Position numbers and translations under genes: made by a program. From contig WFVD01000004.1 of assembly GCA_015491865.1 (NCBI GenBank), positions 17,294 through 81,293 on the forward strand: 64,000 nucleotides of DNA. Reading direction: 5' to 3'. The DNA is from Gammaproteobacteria bacterium (lineage in GTDB: Bacteria > Pseudomonadota > Gammaproteobacteria > SZUA-140). Of the stretch, positions 12,002 through 23,532 are shown in pieces; within the stretch, counting starts at the first letter, position 1; each line of letters begins with the position of its first letter. The notes beneath the pieces are model-generated. The model worked only from the letters and a program-made list of their open reading frames with translations, had not been told where the DNA came from and made no database searches.

Positions 12002-12026
12002 AGCGGCAGCATAATGCGCTGCCGCC
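12002..12026 (-). terminator. GC-rich hairpin just after the glyA stop (weak terminator or mRNA stabiliser)
   Basis: GCGGCAGC (12003-12010) / GCTGCCGC (12018-12025); only a short U tail on the minus strand. Confidence 0.4.
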
Positions 12027-12032
12027 TGTGCT

Positions 12033-13286
12033 CTATTGATAGACCGGAAAACGTTTGCAGATGGCCAGCACTTCGCCTTTAACACGGTTAATCAGCGCTT
12101 CATTGTGGTGGTCATCCAGCACATCGCAAATCCAGCCGGCCAGCTGTTCTGACTCTGCAACCGTAAAGCCGCGCGTGGTGATGGCTGGCGTGCCGATACG
12201 GATACCACTGGTCACAAACGGCGACTGTGGGTCATTCGGCACACTGTTTTTATTGACCGTGATGTTGCTTGCCCCCAGCGCTGCATCGGCCTCTTTACCG
12301 GTCATCCCTTTATCGATCAGGTCAACCAGAAAGAGGTGATTTTCAGTCTTGCCCGAGACGATGTTATATCCACGCGCCTGCATCACACCTGCCATCGCCT
12401 GCGCATTGGCAACCACCTGCGTTTGGTAGACCTTAAATTCAGGCAGTAACGCCTCTTTAAAAGCCACCGCCTTGCCGGCAATGACATGCATCAGCGGCCC
12501 GCCCTGGGTACCCGGAAAAACCATTGAGTTCAGTTTTTTCTCAATTTCTGGATTGCTCTTCGCCAGAATGATGCCGCCGCGTGGACCGCGCAGTGTTTTA
12601 TGGGTGGTTGAGGTGGTGACATCGGCAATCTCAACAGGGCTTGGGTAGAGGCCCGCCGCCACCAGCCCCGCGACATGCGCCATATCGACCACCAGATAAG
12701 CGCCTACTTTGTCGGCAATATCACGGAAACGCTGCCAGTCAACCACACGTGAGTAGGCACTGAAACCAGCTATCACCATTTTGGGTTTATGCTCAAGCGC
12801 GAGCGCTTCGGCCTGGTCGTAATCGATCTCGCCCGTCTCTTCATTCAGACCATACTGCACTGCATTAAAGATCTTGCCGGAAAAACTCACTTTGGAACCG
12901 TGAGTCAGGTGGCCACCATGTGCCAGGCTCATCCCCATAATGGTATCACCCGCGCTCAACAGCGCCAGATAAACTGCTGCATTCGCCTGGGAACCGGAGT
13001 GCGGCTGCACATTGGCATAATCGGCATTAAAAAGCGTTTTAAGGCGATCAATCGCCAGCTGCTCAACAACATCAACATGTTCGCAGCCGCCGTAATAGCG
13101 TTTGAACGGATAGCCTTCTGCATACTTGTTGGTCAGCACAGAACCCTGCGCCTCCATCACGCGAGGACTGGTGTAATTCTCAGAAGCAATCAGCTCAATA
13201 TGCTCCTCCTGACGAACCGCCTCTTGCTCCATTGCTAAAAACAACTCATCGTCAAACCCGCTAATCGACATATCCGATGTAAACAT
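12033..13286 (-). CDS. glyA: Serine hydroxymethyltransferase
   Basis: [42 protein letters not shown]. Confidence 0.98.
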   Translation of the reverse strand: MFTSDMSISGFDDELFLAMEQEAVRQEEHIELIASENYTSPRVMEAQGSVLTNKYAEGYPFKRYYGGCEHVDVVEQLAIDRLKTLFNADYANVQPHSGSQANAAVYLALLSAGDTIMGMSLAHGGHLTHGSKVSFSGKIFNAVQYGLNEETGEIDYDQAEALALEHKPKMVIAGFSAYSRVVDWQRFRDIADKVGAYLVVDMAHVAGLVAAGLYPSPVEIADVTTSTTHKTLRGPRGGIILAKSNPEIEKKLNSMVFPGTQGGPLMHVIAGKAVAFKEALLPEFKVYQTQVVANAQAMAGVMQARGYNIVSGKTENHLFLVDLIDKGMTGKEADAALGASNITVNKNSVPNDPQSPFVTSGIRIGTPAITTRGFTVAESEQLAGWICDVLDDHHNEALINRVKGEVLAICKRFPVYQ

Positions 13287-13401
13287 CTATTCCTTTCTCC
13301 AAAATCGCCCGAGTGGCCGTCATTTAACGCCACCAGAAAACCATTAAAACTAAAGCGGGGTATGATACCTGATCACGAAAAATTACTCATTATCAAGATA
13401 C

Positions 13402-13543
13402 TGAGACCTTTGCACGAACAGGAGTTCTGTTCTCTGACCAGGCAAAAGCGCGCGGAGTGAGGGAGTTTATAACTATAAATGACCGATTGAGTACGCTTTT
13501 AACACCGCCAGAGGGCAAAAAGAACAATCCTCCAAAGGCCTCA
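13402..13543. mobile_element. MITE-like palindromic element, full copy
   Basis: Terminal inverted repeats TGAGACCTTTG / CAAAGGCCTCA (10/11), TAC directly repeated on both flanks, nested internal inverted repeats, second copy at 60593-60695. Confidence 0.7.
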
Positions 13544-13784
13544 TACATGACACGTCAGGCGGTGCAAACAGGCGCTCCCTGATAGTATCGATAGATAAAC
13601 CCACCTTTCGTATTGACGGATAACCGTTAACCAACGAACGATATAATCCTGCCGCGCTGACAGAAAAATGGTGACATACAAGGTCAAATATAATTCCTAA
13701 CTTACTGTTTAATATATAAAATAAACAAAATCAGGAAATCAGACATATTAAATATAAAATCTCAGAAACCGCGCCTATTTAGCG

Positions 13785-13805
13785 TATAATAGTCATAATA
13801 TTGAC
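13785..13805 (+). promoter_or_regulatory. TATAAT -10 followed by GTCA-N6-TGAC palindrome upstream of diguanylate cyclase
   Basis: TATAAT 13785-13790, GTCATAATATTGAC 13792-13805, within an AT-rich region. Confidence 0.45.
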
Positions 13806-13870
13806 AATTTTTGCAAGAGACTATTTCTGCTTTTTGTTCGGGAGGGACCCCAGAAAAAGTAACAACTTAA

Positions 13871-15226
13871 ATGACCTCCTTCACCCAACAGAGCACAACA
13901 TCAACGATTCTGAAGCTTCTCGACCTGTCGAGACAAGAGCAGGCCGGTGCTGATATTGTGCATCTTCATATTAAGAGCATGCTCGCCGCACAGGAAGCGG
14001 AGCAACGGCAGCAGCATGAGGCCTACTGCTCACTCTTTTCCACACTACTGTCATGTTGCCACCAGCAGTCAGCCATGGGGAGCCCGCTTCAGAAACACCT
14101 GGAACTGCTTAAATTGAGACTGGAGACCAGCCCGACGCTCTCCGAGCTCAATGAAGTGAAAGCGGTTCTTGCAAAAATTGCTGATGACAATCGAGGTTTG
14201 CACCCAGATGTAGCGAATAAAACAGATGATAGAAGCTCAACCAGCCCTAGCCCTTATCGACCGCAGGCCACAGAAAAATCAGACCCCCCCGTCCCGGAAG
14301 TGGAACCCGTCCCCGCGCCACTAATGCCCACTCGAGAGAGACCCCAGATCAGTAGTGAATTCCTGCTCCTGGATAAAAAAAGAAGACATATGGAAGAGAT
14401 TCAGGCGGCGCTTTCTCACCACCTGACAGAGGTGTCTGAGCAAAATAGAGCGTTAGGACGGGCGCTTAATACTGAACGCCACAACATCAACAACAGCAGC
14501 AATATTGGCGAGTTGCAGACACTCAAGCTGGAACTCGCCAATGAGATCTCTAACCTGCTAAAAAACCATGAGTCATTGACTGAAAAGCTCGACGGTGCCA
14601 GCAAGTTCCTGCAGATTATCGAGAGTGAAGGTCAGGAACTGAGTGATGAACTTAAAAAAGCACACACGCTCAGTTTAACCGATGAGTTGACACAGCTACC
14701 CAACCGGCGCGCCTTCTTTAAACGCATTGAAGATGAGGTCTCACGTGTTCAGCGCTATGAGTATCCACTCTGCCTGGCACTTATCGACCTCGATTCATTT
14801 AAGGCGATCAATGACCGCTACGGCCATACAGCTGGCGATGAGGTGTTACGGAATTTTGCGGAGCGCGCACTCTCCGGCTTCAGACACCACGACCTGGCAT
14901 CGCGGTATGGCGGTGAAGAGTTCGCCGTGATCCTGCCCAATACAGACCTCGCTGGCGCTCAACGCGCGCTGGAAAAGGTACGTGGACGGACCAGCCAGTG
15001 CACCTTTCAGTATGATGGCAACACCTTCCCAATCCCCACCTTCTCCGCCGGTATTGCCCATTATGCTGCGGGAGAGCCACCGGCATCGTTCATTGAGCGT
15101 GCTGACAAGGCACTCTACCGCGCGAAACGGTTGGGACGTAATCGAATTGAGATTGCAGCAGTGGAAAAAGATGAGATAACCGCCCGGCCATCTCATCACG
15201 CATCACAAAAGGCGGAAGATAACTAG
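13871..15226 (+). CDS. Cytoplasmic diguanylate cyclase (coiled coil + GGEEF)
   Basis: TDELTQLPNRRAF, DLDSFKAINDRYGHTAGD, I-site RHHD five residues before GGEEF, ADKALYRAK. Confidence 0.92.
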   Translation: MTSFTQQSTTSTILKLLDLSRQEQAGADIVHLHIKSMLAAQEAEQRQQHEAYCSLFSTLLSCCHQQSAMGSPLQKHLELLKLRLETSPTLSELNEVKAVLAKIADDNRGLHPDVANKTDDRSSTSPSPYRPQATEKSDPPVPEVEPVPAPLMPTRERPQISSEFLLLDKKRRHMEEIQAALSHHLTEVSEQNRALGRALNTERHNINNSSNIGELQTLKLELANEISNLLKNHESLTEKLDGASKFLQIIESEGQELSDELKKAHTLSLTDELTQLPNRRAFFKRIEDEVSRVQRYEYPLCLALIDLDSFKAINDRYGHTAGDEVLRNFAERALSGFRHHDLASRYGGEEFAVILPNTDLAGAQRALEKVRGRTSQCTFQYDGNTFPIPTFSAGIAHYAAGEPPASFIERADKALYRAKRLGRNRIEIAAVEKDEITARPSHHASQKAEDN

Positions 15227-15320
15227 GAGATGTGCTCAACACCCTCACTCAGATAATTGAGAACATCCCTCAGGGAGTGCTGGAAAAATCGGTGGCTGTC
15301 ATCACTCATCAGCTCCAGCA

Positions 15321-16274
15321 TTAAGGCTGGTCACCTACCCCTTCAACATCATCCGCACCCTCTTTTTTAACCGGCATCAGATCCTGTTTGCTGATACCCA
15401 GCGCCAGCGCGGTTGCGCTCGCAACATAAACAGATGAGTAAGTGCCCACGATAATGCCGATAATTAGCGCCGTCGCGAAACTGTGAATAATCTCGCCGCC
15501 AAGTACAAACAGCGCCATCAACACAAAGAGGGTTGTCAGCGAGGTCACCAGTGTACGAGAGAGCATCTGATTGATGGATCTATTCGAGACATCAACCGGC
15601 GTCCCCTTACGCATTTTACGGAAATTTTCACGGATACGATCAAACACGACGATGGTGTCGTTCAGCGAGTAACCGATCACCGCCAGAATCGCCGCCAGTG
15701 TAGTGAGGTCAAACTCAAGTTGCAGAATCGAGAAGATCCCTAGCGTAATCACCACATCATGCACCAGCGCCACCACAGAACCCACGGCAAAACGCTTCTC
15801 GAAACGTAACGTGATGTAGATAAGAATACCGAACAGCGCATAGATCATCGCCAGGCCACCATCTTCGGTCAGCTCATCGCCCACCTGCGGACCAACAAAC
15901 TCAACACGCCGCATCTCCACTTCATCCGAATTTGGCCCGGCATGCAACGCATTCAGCACATCACTACTCAGATCGACATTAGACTTTCCATTGACAGGTG
16001 GAACACGAATCAACACATCTTTTGAGGTGCCAAAATGCTGTGCAATGGCGTCACCATAGCCGGCATCTTCCAGGGTCTCGCGCACCTCGCCAAGATCAAC
16101 GGTACTGTTATAACCCACTTCAATCAGCGTACCGCCGGTAAAGTCGATCCCAAGGTTCAGGCCTCGCGTGGCCAGCGAGGCGATGGAGATAAGCACCAGC
16201 ACCAGCGACAGAATCAACGCAAGCTTACGCTTACCCATAAAATCAAATGAAGGCTCTTTATTAAATATTTTCAT
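15321..16274 (-). CDS. secF: Protein translocase subunit SecF
   Basis: GIDFTGG, VGPQVG, GYSLNDTIVVFDRIREN. Confidence 0.98.
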   Translation of the reverse strand: MKIFNKEPSFDFMGKRKLALILSLVLVLISIASLATRGLNLGIDFTGGTLIEVGYNSTVDLGEVRETLEDAGYGDAIAQHFGTSKDVLIRVPPVNGKSNVDLSSDVLNALHAGPNSDEVEMRRVEFVGPQVGDELTEDGGLAMIYALFGILIYITLRFEKRFAVGSVVALVHDVVITLGIFSILQLEFDLTTLAAILAVIGYSLNDTIVVFDRIRENFRKMRKGTPVDVSNRSINQMLSRTLVTSLTTLFVLMALFVLGGEIIHSFATALIIGIIVGTYSSVYVASATALALGISKQDLMPVKKEGADDVEGVGDQP

Positions 16275-16299
16275 CTAATCACTCATCCATTCGTTGCGG

Positions 16300-18165
16300 C
16301 TAGATCGCCAGCTTTTTGATTTTACGGCCACCATAAATCAGGTTGATAACGGCGCGTGTTCCCATGATTGCGGTAAACATTGAGGTGACGATACCGATCG
16401 ATAACGTAATCGCAAACCCCTTAATCGGTCCGGTACCAAAAGCGTAGAGCACCAGCGCTGCAATCAAGGTTGTAATATTGGCGTCGGCGATCGTCGAAAG
16501 CGCCTTGTCATAACCCGCATTAATACTCGCCTGCGGCGAGTTACCACTGCGAATCTCCTCCCGGATGCGCTCAAAAATCAGCACATTGGCATCGACCGCC
16601 ATACCAACTGTCAACACAATACCGGCAATACCGGGTAGGGTGAGCGTTGCCTGCAGCATCGAAAGGACCGCTACAATCATCACCAGATTCACGGTCAATG
16701 CGATGTTTGCAACCAGCCCAAAGATGCGGTACCACACTGCCATAAAGATCATGACAATGATAAAACCGGTAACAACTGAAGCGACGCCCTGGTCAATATT
16801 TTCCTGACCCAGGCTCGGCCCAACGGTACGCTCTTCGACAATCTCAATCGGTGCCGCCAGCGCGCCCGCCCTTAGCAGCAAGGCGAGATCTCGTGCTTCA
16901 TCGGTACTATCAAGCCCGGTAATCTGGAAACGTTTGCTGAACTGGTCACGAATCACCGCGACGTTGATCACCTCTTCGATCTTCCTCTTGGTCTTGACCA
17001 GCTCACCATCAATACGTTTGGTATCGACCTTGTTTTCGATAAAGACCACCGCCATCGGTTTTCCGATATTGTCGCGGGTGGTGTCGGCCATCTTGCGAGC
17101 CCCTTTGCTATCAAGCGAGATAAAGACGGTAGGCGAACCGTTCTGCTGCTCAATACCTGAGGCGGCATCGATAATCTGATCACCGGTGACGATAATCCGT
17201 TTTTTCAGCAGAATAGGGCTGCCGTTTCGTTCTTTGTAGAGGCGGGTACCAACCGGTGGCCGCCCCGCCAGTGCCGCCTGGACATCTGCGTTTTCAACCG
17301 CCATTCTGAATTCAAGCGTGGCCGTCGCACCAAGAATCTCTTTAGCGCGTGCCGTGTCCTGAATGCCCGGCAGCTGAACCACGATACGGTTCTGACCCTG
17401 CTGTTGAACCACTGGCTCTGCGACACCCAGTTCATTGACACGATTTCGCAGTGTGATCACATTCTGTTGCAACGCCATCTTCTTGATTTCACGAATCTCC
17501 TGTTCGCTAATCGTCACGATAAGAAAGGCATCGCCCCCGCGCTCTTCCGGCTCGAGCAGCAGCCGGGGATACTCTTTACGAATGATCGCAGAGGCGGCAT
17601 CACGATCGCTTGCGTTGCGAAATTTAATCTCAACCGCATTGCCACTGCTGGTTTTGGCTATGGAGAGATAGCGCACCTTTTCACTGCGTAAGATAGAACG
17701 CAGATCACTGACATAACGCTCGCCGGCCTGGCGCATCGCTGCAACCATATCCACCTCCATCAGAAAATGGACTCCCCCCCGCAGATCGAGCCCGAGGTAC
17801 ATCGGCGCTGCATTCAGCGCACTTAACCAGGCGGGGGTTGCAGGTGAGAGGTTGAGTGCAGAGACATAGTTATCCCCCATCTTTTCGTCGATGAGATCTT
17901 TTGCACGCAGTTGGTCTTCGGTATTGTTGAAGCGTATCAACATCCCGCGGGGCACCTTCTCAAAGGACTTGAACGTGATTCCCTCACCCTTCAATAATTC
18001 TGTGACACGCATTCTGCTTTCATCATCGATCGGCGCACCGCGCAGTGGTGAAACCTGCACGGAAGGGTCATCACCATAGAGATTCGGCAGCGCATAAAGC
18101 GCGCCGGTCAGGATCACCACTGCGATCAGAACATATTTCCAGACGGGGTATTGATTCATCGTCAA
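16300..18165 (-). CDS. secD: Protein translocase subunit SecD
   Basis: LGLDLRGG, RVNELGVAEP, VGPSLG, GMAVDANVLIFERIREE. Confidence 0.98.
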   Translation of the reverse strand: MTMNQYPVWKYVLIAVVILTGALYALPNLYGDDPSVQVSPLRGAPIDDESRMRVTELLKGEGITFKSFEKVPRGMLIRFNNTEDQLRAKDLIDEKMGDNYVSALNLSPATPAWLSALNAAPMYLGLDLRGGVHFLMEVDMVAAMRQAGERYVSDLRSILRSEKVRYLSIAKTSSGNAVEIKFRNASDRDAASAIIRKEYPRLLLEPEERGGDAFLIVTISEQEIREIKKMALQQNVITLRNRVNELGVAEPVVQQQGQNRIVVQLPGIQDTARAKEILGATATLEFRMAVENADVQAALAGRPPVGTRLYKERNGSPILLKKRIIVTGDQIIDAASGIEQQNGSPTVFISLDSKGARKMADTTRDNIGKPMAVVFIENKVDTKRIDGELVKTKRKIEEVINVAVIRDQFSKRFQITGLDSTDEARDLALLLRAGALAAPIEIVEERTVGPSLGQENIDQGVASVVTGFIIVMIFMAVWYRIFGLVANIALTVNLVMIVAVLSMLQATLTLPGIAGIVLTVGMAVDANVLIFERIREEIRSGNSPQASINAGYDKALSTIADANITTLIAALVLYAFGTGPIKGFAITLSIGIVTSMFTAIMGTRAVINLIYGGRKIKKLAI

Positions 18166-18195
18166 CTAGCCTTTACTTTCAAACAGATCTTAAAT

Positions 18196-18531
18196 CTATG
18201 CTTTCCCTTTCATCGTGCCTTTTGGCATCAGTGATGAAACGGCACTGCGCTGAACCTTGATCTCCAGCCCGTTTGCGATCTCCAGCCCGATAAAGCTTTC
18301 ATCGACATTGGTGATCTTGCCCAGTATGCCGCCTGAGGTGACCACTTCATCTCCTTTCGCCAGCGCCGCCACCATGGTTCGATGCTCTTTGCTCCGCTTG
18401 ATCTGAGGCCTTAGCAATAAAAAGTAAAAAATAATAAAGATCAATATCAATGGCAGCAGGCCCATCAATCCCGCATCACCCGCTGGAGCTGCCGCGCCTT
18501 CGGCCCACGCATCATTAATAAAAAAGCTCAT
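18196..18531 (-). CDS. yajC: Preprotein translocase subunit YajC
   Basis: FYFLLLRPQ, LAKGDEVVTSGGILG, upstream of secD. Confidence 0.97.
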   Translation of the reverse strand: MSFFINDAWAEGAAAPAGDAGLMGLLPLILIFIIFYFLLLRPQIKRSKEHRTMVAALAKGDEVVTSGGILGKITNVDESFIGLEIANGLEIKVQRSAVSSLMPKGTMKGKA

Positions 18532-18762
18532 TTTTCCCCTCTCCTGTCAAAATCAAATAGTTCAAATATCAATACAATTCAAATCTGCTAACAAACAGCC
18601 TGTAACTGCTCAAATTACACCTGACCGGCTCGAGAGTAGAAAAGTGCTCGGTCGGTACCCTGTAATAATGGAGACTACAGGCACCCCTTCGGCCACACTT
18701 TTGACATTATCAGCGAACAAATCAAGGGTGAGCTGAACAGTTGCTAATTCAACAGCGCAGCA

Positions 18763-20941
<2,179 letters not shown>

Positions 20942-20987
20942 CGCTACGACGGTTACTCATCTGTTTCTCTATTGCCGCACAGTCAGC

Positions 20988-21027
20988 TTGTAACACTGTG
21001 CGGTTCACTTGTATAATCCGCGTTCCC
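20988..21027 (+). promoter_or_regulatory. Sigma70 promoter of tRNA-Leu with GC-rich discriminator
   Basis: TTGTAA 20988-20993, 18 bp spacer, TATAAT 21012-21017, then CCGCG as in stringently controlled stable-RNA promoters. Confidence 0.7.
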
Positions 21028-21030
21028 TGT

Positions 21031-21116
21031 GCCGGGGTGGCGGAACTGGTAGACGCGTCGGATTCAAAATCCGATGGCCTTTGGTCGTGAGAGTTCGAGT
21101 CTCTCCCTCGGCACCA
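21031..21116 (+). tRNA. tRNA-Leu(CAA)
   Basis: Acceptor GCCGGGG/CCTCGGC, anticodon arm TCGGA-TTCAAAA-TCCGA, long variable arm, T arm GAGAG-TTCGAGT-CTCTC, encoded ACCA end. Confidence 0.96.
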
Positions 21117-21345
21117 TACTACGGCACTACGACGTCATCGCTATCACGCCGCTTCATGTCCCATAGCCCTGCGGCGCGCCATCATAGCATAAGCCGGTGC
21201 GTCCAGATCAACCGCGACCACTTAAGTCAGCGTGCGCCACCAGAGAGAAGCAAAAGCGCTCCTTTCGCTCGATATGCTATCATCACACCACAGTGCGCCA
21301 CCGTGACACACTGTTTCAAGGGATTTTCCAACGCGAGACAACCGA

Positions 21346-23532
21346 ATGGGGTCGTCAATGGAAAACTGTCATCAAGCTACCCTGCCGCCCGCCGCTCGAA
21401 AAATAGTGCTGGCGCGTCATCACGATCCATTTGAATACCTTGGTCGGCACACCACGCAGCGCCAGAGTCGGCAGGAGACCGTCATTCGTGTCATCCTGCC
21501 AACGGCTGTTAGCGCATCACTCATTGAACCACCGCTAGCGTTTCAGCGTGTCGCCGGGACTGTTATTTTTGAGCTCACAACGATAGATACGGCGATCCCC
21601 CAGCATTACGCTGTTGAATGGATAAGTGGTGATGGGCGCGTTCAGCGCCACCATGATAGTTACCGTTTCCCTGCACAGATCACAGAGCATGAACTGGCGC
21701 TCTTTCTCAACAGTAAACTGCACCGGGCAGATAAGATACTTGGTGCCCACCTCATCACTGTCGATGGCGTTGTCGGGGTGCTGTTCGCCACCTGGGCACC
21801 CAATGCAGAGCGTGTTAGTGTCGTGGGTCATTTCAACCAGTGGGACGGTCGCTGCCATGCGATGAGAGCCAGAGGTGCTAGCGGCATCTGGGAGATTTTC
21901 ATCCCAGAGCTAGCCCCTGGTGAACCGTATCAGTTTGAACTGCGTAACCATCACAGCGGGACGGTTCAGCTAAAGCCAGACCCTTATGCGCAGCAGTTTG
22001 ATACCGCTACAGGGCACCATGCGCTCGTCCCCGCAAACAGCCACCAGTGGAAAGATCAGCAGTGGATGTTCATACGGGCCTCATATGACTGGCAGCACAG
22101 CCCCATCTCCATCTATGAAGCCGACCTCACCACGTGGAAACGTAACCACAACGGCTCTCCGCTAAGCTACCGAACACTGGCTAAAGAGCTGCTCGGTTAT
22201 CTCTATCATGGGGGATTCACCCACCTTATGCTCTTTTCTGAATCATTGATAGCAACCGGCTCTGGCCTCTTTGCCCCCGATAGCCGCCTCGGGACAGCGG
22301 ATGATTTCAGATACTTCATTGACTGCTGTCATCAACGCCGCATAGGGGTAATAGTCAGCTGGCACACCGATCACCAGCCATCCGGTTGCGATAACCTTCG
22401 TCACTTTGATGGTGGGTCACTGTATGAACTGGAATCTGATCAGAACTGCAAACAAAATGCGGATAATCCACCACGGTTTGATTTTAGTCGGAACGGGGTT
22501 AGAAATTTTCTGATTTCAAGCGTCCTTTTCTGGCTCGACGCCTACCATATCGATGGCCTCAAACTGCGCACCACAACCGCTATGCTTTACCCCGATGAGC
22601 GCCAGGATGATGATGTGATTTCGCTGTTGCGTGAAATCAATGACCTTGCCTACCAGAAATACCCTGGCGTTTTGATGCTGGCAGAAGAGAATACGGTCTG
22701 GCCAGGGGTGACCCGGCCGAGTGGCCTTGGCGGCCTCGGCTTTAGCCTCAAGTGGAACATCGGCTGGCATCACGACACGCTACGGTATTTCTCGAATACA
22801 ACGGCAGCACGCCCAGCCCAGTATGAAACCCTTATCTTTAGCCAGAACTACGCCTTTAGTGAACACTTTATATTGCCACTTTCTCACCCTGGCAGTGGGA
22901 AAAACGAAACACCACTGCTGCAGCAGATGCCTGGAAAAATAGCACAACGTTTTGCGAACCTGCGCCTGCTCTATAGCTATATGTTTACCCATCCTGGAAA
23001 AAAACAACTCTTTATGGGAAGTGAGTTCGCTGCCACTACACAAGGAAACTCGCAGGAAGGGCTGCCGTGGGTGCTCGCGGAGAAAATGCTGCATAAAGGA
23101 TTATCCAGACTGGTCACCGAACTCAACTCAATCTACCGCAACACACCAGCCCTCCACTATTATGACCTTGAGGAAAAAGGGTTCAACTGGATAGAGAGCC
23201 ATGATTGTGGACAGTCATTAACTGTTTTTCAGCGAAATAGCAACGAGGATAGCGTCATCGTCGCACTAAATTTTTCTGATAAAACAAATAATGTCTATCG
23301 TATTGGTGTCTCGTATAATGCTATTTACAAAGAGATATTTAACTCGGATGCTCACCACTTTGGCGGCGAAGAGAGGCTCAATCACGGTGGCATAACTGCT
23401 GAGAATATCCCCTGGATGAAACAACCTTTTTCAGTCACGATCACCTTGCCAGCGCTCTCCGCGGTCATCATAAAGCCACTGATAAACATACCTGAAAACA
23501 CACTCATGCATGCGCCCACAACAGGCCGCTAA
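21346..23532 (+). CDS. GlgB (1,4-alpha-glucan branching enzyme)-like GH13 protein with degenerate active site
   Basis: HHDPFEYLG, CBM48 FATWAPNAERVSVVG.FN.WD, GGLGFSLKWNIGWHHDTL, HPGKKQLFMG.EF; catalytic regions II and IV altered (see findings); start may be 21358. Confidence 0.85.
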   Translation: MGSSMENCHQATLPPAARKIVLARHHDPFEYLGRHTTQRQSRQETVIRVILPTAVSASLIEPPLAFQRVAGTVIFELTTIDTAIPQHYAVEWISGDGRVQRHHDSYRFPAQITEHELALFLNSKLHRADKILGAHLITVDGVVGVLFATWAPNAERVSVVGHFNQWDGRCHAMRARGASGIWEIFIPELAPGEPYQFELRNHHSGTVQLKPDPYAQQFDTATGHHALVPANSHQWKDQQWMFIRASYDWQHSPISIYEADLTTWKRNHNGSPLSYRTLAKELLGYLYHGGFTHLMLFSESLIATGSGLFAPDSRLGTADDFRYFIDCCHQRRIGVIVSWHTDHQPSGCDNLRHFDGGSLYELESDQNCKQNADNPPRFDFSRNGVRNFLISSVLFWLDAYHIDGLKLRTTTAMLYPDERQDDDVISLLREINDLAYQKYPGVLMLAEENTVWPGVTRPSGLGGLGFSLKWNIGWHHDTLRYFSNTTAARPAQYETLIFSQNYAFSEHFILPLSHPGSGKNETPLLQQMPGKIAQRFANLRLLYSYMFTHPGKKQLFMGSEFAATTQGNSQEGLPWVLAEKMLHKGLSRLVTELNSIYRNTPALHYYDLEEKGFNWIESHDCGQSLTVFQRNSNEDSVIVALNFSDKTNNVYRIGVSYNAIYKEIFNSDAHHFGGEERLNHGGITAENIPWMKQPFSVTITLPALSAVIIKPLINIPENTLMHAPTTGR

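Noticed and set aside
8392..12032. FMN riboswitch for the rib genes
   Set aside because: Spacers are too short, ribD overlaps nrdR, and no RFN consensus is visible.
13287..13380. ZMP/ZTP riboswitch upstream of glyA
   Set aside because: Only a loose GGTGGC/GCCAC complementarity; the GACTGGCG core and the P3 hairpin are absent.
21009..21434. 141 aa ORF in the track
   Set aside because: Runs through the tRNA-Leu gene and its promoter; no protein features.
21031..23532. Genomic island integrated at tRNA-Leu
   Set aside because: No integrase and no duplicate of the tRNA 3' end found in the window.
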